Below the pieces are notes generated by a model, which did no database searches, had not been told where the DNA came from, and was given only the letters and a program-made list of their open reading frames with translations. Both the position numbers and the translations under genes were made by a program. From a virus (lineage: Duplodnaviria > Caudoviricetes), in IMG/VR virus record IMGVR_UViG_3300020042_001510, positions 1-51,030 of that record: a stretch of 51,030 bases of DNA. One strand, given 5' to 3'. Positions 45,554 to 51,030 of this stretch are shown here, one piece after another; within the stretch, counting starts at the first letter, position 1, and each line of letters begins with the position of its first letter.

Positions 45554-45999
45554 TATTGAATCCTCATGCCGCCGCCGCCAAGATCAATAGGAATGCCCAG
45601 CTCGGCATCCATGCGCTCGCCGGACAACAACGACCTGCGGCCTCCACGGGTGCGAGCTTTTAGGGCAGATGCTTCAGACGCTGCGGCCTTGCGGCGCTCT
45701 TCGTCGGCTGCGGCCTGCACCTCCTTGGCCTTTTTTTCCATCTCTAGCTTGTTGGTTGCATATTGGGTTTGAGATGTCTCAAACTGCTGGCGAGCCAGTT
45801 CTGCTTGCTGCTCAAGGGACGCGCCTTGCTTGGCGTACTCGGCAGTTTGCTTGGACAACTCAAGACGCATGGCCGCTTGGTCGGCTTGCTGCTGCAAAAG
45901 AGCTTTTGCTTGTTGCTTTTCAGCATCCCTGCGAGCCTTGCGACCCTCGTTGGCGGTGTAGGCAGAACCTGCAAGAACGGCAAATGCAATTAACGGCAT
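45553..45999 (-). CDS. Coiled-coil pre-portal protein, copy 1
   Basis: Gln/Ala coiled coil ending RGGRRSLLS; homologue of 49829-50278. Confidence 0.8.
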   Translation of the reverse strand: MPLIAFAVLAGSAYTANEGRKARRDAEKQQAKALLQQQADQAAMRLELSKQTAEYAKQGASLEQQAELARQQFETSQTQYATNKLEMEKKAKEVQAAADEERRKAAASEASALKARTRGGRRSLLSGERMDAELGIPIDLGGGGMRIQ

Positions 46000-46001
46000 A
46001 C

Positions 46002-46322
46002 CTAACTCCTTATTAAAACTTGATCAACTTTTTCAACATCTGTTTCATCGGTCGCATGAATGCAAAACCACACGCTGTTTGTCACCGCTGTGACCTCATG
46101 GCTTTTGCCAGCAGCAATATTTATGCAGGCCGGCGCGTGATATTCAGTCTCAACATCATCAACTTTCACAACCACCCAGCCCTCTGCAAGAATGCTCATG
46201 TGGTCGTATGTGTGTTTGTGCTGCACCATGAAATGATCCTGCGGCAGACTCACCTGCTTGGCATACAAGCCATCAGAAAAGTGGTGCTTGATCTCAGGCA
46301 ATTCAATGATGTCTGTACTCAT
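46002..46322 (-). CDS. Cupin-domain protein, copy 1
   Basis: HHF..GLYAK, HKHTYDH.SIL..G, H.V.A..SVWFCIHAT; start reassigned to ATG 46322. Confidence 0.85.
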   Translation of the reverse strand: MSTDIIELPEIKHHFSDGLYAKQVSLPQDHFMVQHKHTYDHMSILAEGWVVVKVDDVETEYHAPACINIAAGKSHEVTAVTNSVWFCIHATDETDVEKVDQVLIRS

Positions 46323-46330
46323 ACCAACAG

Positions 46331-46358
46331 ATTCTATTGAACTTTGTACAAGGGACAA
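46331..46358 (-). promoter_or_regulatory. Candidate promoter immediately before cupin start
   Basis: TTGTCC-16-TAGAAT, 8 nt before ATG; equivalent TTGCCC-16-TAGAAT at 50629-50602. Confidence 0.55.
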
Positions 46359-46385
46359 TTACTGTATATCGTGGCGATATATAGC

Positions 46386-47939
46386 TTATGCAAACACATC
46401 GAAGTCGGTGCTGGCGCTGGACTGACCCATGGGTCTGCCACCCAGCTGGTGGGTGCGTGTCATGCGGTTGTATTCGCCGCCGCCAAGCATCAGGTAGCCA
46501 AAGGAGTCACCAATGTGTGAGTGCTCGTTCTTGTTTGGCGCGTCCCGAAAGCGCTCTTGGCCAGCGCCGACCGCCACCCGCTTGAAGTGGTAGCCACCAG
46601 CAAGCGCTTTGCGTAGCAGCTTGCACTCGCGGTTGACAATAAGCCCCGGCTTGCCGGTGATCAGTCGCTGCATGGGGGCAGCCGAGGCCTCACGGCGCAC
46701 CTTAAAGTCGTTGCTGGCCGTGGGTTGTGCTCGCAACCCCAAGGTTTTGAGGTAATCAAAGGCTGTGACCTCATAGATTGCATCTCTGGCCATACCGGCT
46801 GGGTCACCCCAGATCATTACTTGGTGGTTGGGGTAGCGCTGGTTCAGTTCAGCCAGCAGCTGGTGGCCAAAGCGCTCAAGGCCCATGTCAAAGGTCACGA
46901 TTTCTTGGTGAATCAGCCACCTACCGTTGGGCAAACGCTGTCCAATGGTGGCCGCTGGGGTCAATCCGAAGTCAAGCCCCACCTGTATGGGCACATTGGG
47001 CTCAATTTCGGTGTCGCCAGACATGGTGCTGTCTTCGTACTCTGGCCAAACAGGCCTGCCTTCTTGCACATAGGTGTATTCCCCACCGGCATAGCAGCGG
47101 ATCCAGTCCAGATTCTTGCCAAGCAGCATCTGCTGGTAGTAGCCGGGCGGCAGATTGTGGACATTCTCAGCCTTGGGGTTGACCTTCCACCATTTACCAC
47201 TTGCAAAGATGTGATCGTTGGCCTCTGGCATGTCGGGCAAATCTTCAACATCCACGGGCACCACACCGCCGGGCTGCTTGAAGAACTTCCACGCATACTG
47301 GCCGGTCATCTTCTCCTTCTCAGCCATGCGGTGCCACCAATGGTCATCATCCATGGGGTTGGTATCCATCCAGATCCCGTGCCAAGTAGCCCCGCCATCG
47401 CGTTTGGTAGGGTATCGGCCAACCCGGTGGGTCAAGCCATCGATCACGGCCTTGGGCAGCTCACGCGCCTCATTAACCCAAGCGCCAGTCAGCTCCAAGG
47501 ACAGCAGCTTCCTGACATCCTTGGGCTGGTCAAGGGCCAGAAAGATGACCTCGCAGTCAATGCCAGCCGCGTCACCACGGGCAGGCAGCCGGATGTGGTG
47601 GGTGATAGGCGGTGTCCAAAGCATGGGCCCAAAGGTGCCTTCTGGGAACAGGTCAAGCCAAGTCTTGATGGTGGTGGTCTTGAGCATGGGGTAGCTGTTC
47701 CTGACAATCGCCCAGCGGGAATACCTGACGTTGTCAATCGGGCTTGGCTTTTGTTGCACCGCCTTGATGAAGATCTTGGCTGCACACCCGTAGCTCTTGC
47801 CCGACCCCACCGGCCCCATGATCCCTTGCACAAAGTTCTTGGACTGGATGAAGTCGTAGATCACCGGCGACTCGCTGAAGTCTAGGTTGAGGCCAGCCAT
47901 CGGCACGGTCTTGTCGGACATCTCTTTGGTACGGCTCAT
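46386..47939 (-). CDS. terL: Terminase large subunit
   Basis: Walker A GPVGSGKS, Walker B AWVNEARE, coupling motif DTNP, nuclease GLDFG, C-terminal SHIGD. Confidence 0.95.
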   Translation of the reverse strand: MSRTKEMSDKTVPMAGLNLDFSESPVIYDFIQSKNFVQGIMGPVGSGKSYGCAAKIFIKAVQQKPSPIDNVRYSRWAIVRNSYPMLKTTTIKTWLDLFPEGTFGPMLWTPPITHHIRLPARGDAAGIDCEVIFLALDQPKDVRKLLSLELTGAWVNEARELPKAVIDGLTHRVGRYPTKRDGGATWHGIWMDTNPMDDDHWWHRMAEKEKMTGQYAWKFFKQPGGVVPVDVEDLPDMPEANDHIFASGKWWKVNPKAENVHNLPPGYYQQMLLGKNLDWIRCYAGGEYTYVQEGRPVWPEYEDSTMSGDTEIEPNVPIQVGLDFGLTPAATIGQRLPNGRWLIHQEIVTFDMGLERFGHQLLAELNQRYPNHQVMIWGDPAGMARDAIYEVTAFDYLKTLGLRAQPTASNDFKVRREASAAPMQRLITGKPGLIVNRECKLLRKALAGGYHFKRVAVGAGQERFRDAPNKNEHSHIGDSFGYLMLGGGEYNRMTRTHQLGGRPMGQSSASTDFDVFA

Positions 47940-47978
47940 CTTCTTTCTCCAGTTGTCTAATCTGCCTTTTGCGCCACA

Positions 47979-48410
47979 TCACTCACCCCGTGGTGCAACA
48001 ACATTGATATCAATCACAGACGGCTTCTCGCTGCCGTCATCAGGGTTGTCAAGCAGTCCACTCGCCTTGGCCAGCAACCGCAGCACACCTACCTTGTCAT
48101 ACAACTCAATGTCCAGCGTGGAGTACACATTTCCTTCAGAGTCCTTCTTGCTATTGACCTTGATCGACTTGATCGCATGCAGCGCGTGCTCTGGTATATC
48201 GCTAGACCTCTTCACCGTCACGTTGCCCTGCTCATCCCACGACATGATGTCTGTCAGCTTGGTGTTGGCCATGCTCAGCAACGCATAAGCCACAGCCTCT
48301 TTGTTGGCCACCAGTGTTGAGCTGCGGTCCAGCCTGCGCTGCACAGACCTCACCCCGCCCCAGTTGGTCAGGGGTGGGATTACGCTTGACTGTTTGGGTC
48401 TAGTGGCCAT
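47979..48410 (-). CDS. terS: Terminase small subunit
   Basis: DIMSWDEQG.V..K.S..IP....AIKSIK...IELYDK..L.LLAK; immediately upstream of TerL. Confidence 0.8.
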   Translation of the reverse strand: MATRPKQSSVIPPLTNWGGVRSVQRRLDRSSTLVANKEAVAYALLSMANTKLTDIMSWDEQGNVTVKRSSDIPEHALHAIKSIKVNSKKDSEGNVYSTLDIELYDKVGVLRLLAKASGLLDNPDDGSEKPSVIDINVVAPRGE

Positions 48411-48706
48411 CAGAACGGTATATCGTCGTCATTGTCTGGCACCACAGCCTTTGGCTGCGGCTGGGGAGCAGCAGCAAACACAGGCGCAGCAGACCCAGCA
48501 CCAGAGCTGCTCATCTTGGGCTTGCCAACCTTGAGCTTGAACCAAACCCCGCCGTCAGGCTTCTTGTTGACGTAGACATCAAGGAAGTGCTTCGTCCCAT
48601 CAGGCATCACAAACGTGCCCTTGTAGTCACCATGCCACGCCTCAGTCTTCTCAGCGTTCTTCCACGCCTTGCCCTCACTCGGCTTAATCTCGTTGTCGTT
48701 TGTCAT
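48410..48706 (-). CDS. Small ssDNA-binding-like protein
   Basis: G..WKN..K...H.DYKG OB-like core, Pro/Ala linker, C-terminal DDDIPF tail. Confidence 0.7.
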   Translation of the reverse strand: MTNDNEIKPSEGKAWKNAEKTEAWHGDYKGTFVMPDGTKHFLDVYVNKKPDGGVWFKLKVGKPKMSSSGAGSAAPVFAAAPQPQPKAVVPDNDDDIPF

Positions 48707-48896
48707 AAAAGTCCTTTACATCATTGTCGTTGAAAAAGTGGGGAAAATTTCGGGGTGACCCCCACACGCAGTACGAAGGGGCGGGGGGGCAAGGGTATCG
48801 ATTTGCGCACACGGCTGGCCACGCCCTGCCTGCCGGTCTTGTGGGTATCCCCTTTGTAGGGTTTACCGTCTGACGTAAAGTGTTTTTGTGTCTTGC

Positions 48897-49079
48897 TCAT
48901 TTGTAACCCCCGCCCTTTTCTTTGTATTGCTTGGCCAACAGTTGCGCCTTACGCGCCGACCACTCGCCCGCTGCGGTACCTTGTACGGCGCGACCTTTGA
49001 TTGACTCAAACAAAGTCTTGCGCATTAGCGGTTGGGTGTAGTTGCCTGCCGCGTTAACTTTGGACTTGGGTTTTTCCAT
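48897..49079 (-). CDS. Small basic protein, homologue of 23134-23313
   Basis: SKVNAAGNYT.P.MRK...GEWSARKAQLLAKQYKEKGGGYK. Confidence 0.85.
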   Translation of the reverse strand: MEKPKSKVNAAGNYTQPLMRKTLFESIKGRAVQGTAAGEWSARKAQLLAKQYKEKGGGYK

Positions 49080-49080
49080 G

Positions 49081-49230
49081 TCACTTCTTTTTGTTCATCG
49101 CGTTGGTGCTGGTGCGCTGGCCGCGCATTGGCATTGGCTTGGCAGCTGCTGCTTTGTCTGCGGGTTTTGCTTTGTAGTCGCGCATGGTCTTGGCAACTTT
49201 GTCTTGCATCTTGCTTTTCATGTCCATCAT
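49081..49230 (-). CDS. Small basic protein (49 aa)
   Basis: MMDMKSKMQDKVAKTMRDYKAKP...MPMRGQRTSTNAMNKKK; GAGGAG SD. Confidence 0.7.
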   Translation of the reverse strand: MMDMKSKMQDKVAKTMRDYKAKPADKAAAAKPMPMRGQRTSTNAMNKKK

Positions 49231-49829
49231 TCAGCTCCTCTTAACATTGGTCTAGTCATCTTGCGGGAAACGGCACCAAGCCTTGCTGCCTTGCGCTCGC
49301 CCACCTCTCGCTTGAATGTGCTTTCGGCTGCGGCGCGCTTTGTACCGAACTCACCTTCGTCAAACTTTTCTATGGCTGGCGCAACTGGCGCAGTTGGCAG
49401 CGCAGGTGCTTTTTCGGTAAACGTCGGTATAGGTTTTGGTTCGTAGTAGGTAAAGTTTTCACGCTTTGTTTCATAGCCAGCAAGGCCAAACAATCCGTAC
49501 CGTGGCTTCTTAGTTTCTTTTACACCTGTGCGCTCAATGACAGGATTTTTTTCTAGCTCAGCCAGCGTTGCGGTGTACTCATCCAGCTTCTTTTGGTAGG
49601 CAGACTTTTGTGTTTCGTAGGTTGGCAGCAGCGACTCTTTGTAGATCGTCATCTGCTCTTCAAACGGCTTCATCTTCTCTGCCACGCCAGCTTGGTAGCC
49701 GGTGAATGCTGTTTGGTACTCGCCGGTCAAGGCATCAACGCTGCTCTTGTACTGCTTGGCCAGACGGTCAATGTCGGATGTGCTGCGCCGGGCGATCTGG
49801 CGTTGTTTGAATTGGGGCAGTGTGGCCAT
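49227..49829 (-). CDS. Hypothetical (probable virion) protein, copy 2
   Basis: 200 aa; shares MATLPQFKQRQIARRSTSDIDRLAKQYK and TFKREVGER with copy 1. Confidence 0.8.
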   Translation of the reverse strand: MATLPQFKQRQIARRSTSDIDRLAKQYKSSVDALTGEYQTAFTGYQAGVAEKMKPFEEQMTIYKESLLPTYETQKSAYQKKLDEYTATLAELEKNPVIERTGVKETKKPRYGLFGLAGYETKRENFTYYEPKPIPTFTEKAPALPTAPVAPAIEKFDEGEFGTKRAAAESTFKREVGERKAARLGAVSRKMTRPMLRGAE

Positions 49830-50278
49830 TACTGGATCCTCATGCCTGCGCTGCCGAGATCCATACCAATACCCAGCTCTGCATCCATGCGCTCACCTGA
49901 CAGCAGGGATCTGCGGCCACCACGGGTGCGAGCTCTGAGCGCAGATGCTTCGGCAGCTGCAGCTTTACGGCGCTCTTCGTCGGCTGCGGCCTGCACTTCC
50001 TTGGCTTTGTTCTCCATCTCCAGCTTGTTGGTCTGGTAGTTTTGCTGAGATGTCGCAAACTGCTCGCGAGCGGTGTTGGCTTGCTGCTCAAGGGATGCGC
50101 CTTGCTTGGCATACTCAGCGGTTTGCTTGCCCAGCTCAAGTCGCATCGCAGCTTGGTCAGAGGACTGCTGCGCCAGCATGGTGCGTTGATCGTTCTCAGC
50201 TTGCTTGCGAGATTTACGCGCCTCATTAGCGGTATAAGCTGAGCTCAAAATAATTGCACTTGCAATATAAAACGGCAT
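49829..50278 (-). CDS. Coiled-coil pre-portal protein, copy 2
   Basis: Homologue of 45553-45999. Confidence 0.8.
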   Translation of the reverse strand: MPFYIASAIILSSAYTANEARKSRKQAENDQRTMLAQQSSDQAAMRLELGKQTAEYAKQGASLEQQANTAREQFATSQQNYQTNKLEMENKAKEVQAAADEERRKAAAAEASALRARTRGGRRSLLSGERMDAELGIGMDLGSAGMRIQ

Positions 50279-50280
50279 AA

Positions 50281-50592
50281 TTAAACTCCAATCAGAACTT
50301 CATCAATCTTGTCTGCATCTGTCTCTTGTGTTGCGTGGATACAGAACCATACGCTATCTTCATGCGCTGTGATTGTGTGATGCTGGCCAGCAGAGATGTT
50401 TATACAGGCAGGCGCCTTGTACTCTGTTCTCACACCCTCCACCTCCACCGTCACATCGCCCTTGGCCAAAATACTCAGATGATCGTAAGCATGCGCATGG
50501 CTGACCGCAAAATGCTTTGCTGGCAACAGCATCTGCTTTGCATACAAGCCAGCAGAAAAATGATGCACCACACCCAAATCAACTTCGATCAT
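50281..50592 (-). CDS. Cupin-domain protein, copy 2
   Basis: Homologue of 46002-46322; start taken at ATG 50592. Confidence 0.85.
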   Translation of the reverse strand: MIEVDLGVVHHFSAGLYAKQMLLPAKHFAVSHAHAYDHLSILAKGDVTVEVEGVRTEYKAPACINISAGQHHTITAHEDSVWFCIHATQETDADKIDEVLIGV

Positions 50593-50656
50593 ATGCAAAC
50601 GATTCTAATGATGTTTGTACAAGGGGCAATTACTGTATATCGTGGCGATATATAGC

Positions 50657-51030
50657 TCATGCAAACACATCGAAGTCGGTGCTGGCGCTGGACTGGCCCA
50701 TGGGTCTGCCACCCAACTGGTGGGTGCGGGTCATGCGGTTGTATTCACCGCCGCCCAGCATCAGATATCCGAAAGAGTCGCCAATGTGTGAGTGCTCGTT
50801 CTTGTTTGGTGCGTCCCGAAAGCGTTCTTGGCCAGCGCCGACCGCCACCCGCTTGAAGTGGTAGCCACCGGCCAGCGCTTTGCGCAGCAGCTTGCACTCA
50901 CGGTTGACAATAAGCCCCGGCTTTCCGGTGATCAGGCGCTGCATGGGCGCAGCCGAGGCCTCACGACGCACCTTGAAGTCGTTGCTGGCGGTGGGTTGGG
51001 CTCGCAGCCCCAAGGTTTTGAGGTAATCGA
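50657..51030 (-). CDS. terL: Terminase large subunit, second copy, 3' part (runs off window)
   Basis: Protein identical to the C-terminus of 46386-47939; many synonymous nucleotide differences. Confidence 0.93.
   Translation of the reverse strand, partial: DYLKTLGLRAQPTASNDFKVRREASAAPMQRLITGKPGLIVNRECKLLRKALAGGYHFKRVAVGAGQERFRDAPNKNEHSHIGDSFGYLMLGGGEYNRMTRTHQLGGRPMGQSSASTDFDVFA

Larger units (their letters stand above)
49227..51030 (-). repeat. Diverged direct repeat of ~44816-46759
   Basis: Same four genes in the same order and a conserved TerL-cupin intergenic sequence. Confidence 0.93.

Noticed and set aside
46725-47885. 386-aa + strand ORF
   Set aside because: Antisense shadow of terL caused by GC-rich codon bias; no SD or recognisable motifs
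44816-51030. Terminal redundancy, or a DGR template/variable pair, as explanation of the duplication
   Set aside because: Copies differ by synonymous changes at all base types and by gene content, not identical and not A-specific
1-51030. tRNA, rRNA, CRISPR array, integrase, phage RNA polymerase
   Set aside because: None recognised by eye; intergenic spaces are mostly too short. A tRNAscan/Infernal run would be needed to exclude small RNAs

Overview
The whole window is tailed-phage (podovirus-type) DNA, but it does not read as one coherent genome. Segment A (~650-25050; visibly more AT-rich, GC not computed) is a T7-like phage arm without an RNA polymerase gene in view. Its + strand carries early genes, primase-helicase, PolA, SSB, exonuclease, HNH, metallophosphoesterase and class II RNR. 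These converge at a bidirectional terminator (~13037-13060) on a - strand arm of lysis, small basic, tail-tube and internal virion genes. Segment B (~26800-48830; visibly more GC-rich) is a complete second morphogenesis operon: TerS, TerL, portal, scaffold, MCP, tail tube A/B, four internal virion proteins and a tail fibre. Segment B' (~48830-51030) is a diverged second copy of the TerL 3' end/cupin/two downstream genes. The first 115 bp duplicate the primase-helicase 3' end. The simplest reading is a chimeric metagenomic contig joined through shared tail-fibre modules, although a natural mosaic cannot be excluded without reads. The most interesting biology is a 935-aa protein in the DNA-ejection cluster. 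It appears to carry a helix-hairpin-helix glycosylase-like domain and a SAM-lyase-like domain, which would make it a candidate virion-delivered anti-restriction protein. Other notable items: an HNH-AP2 gene that seems to have displaced the tail-fibre C-terminus, an AUU-initiated lysis-region gene, a terminator-isolated structured MCP leader, and promoters embedded in inverted repeats. All family assignments come from motif recognition by eye, not database searches.
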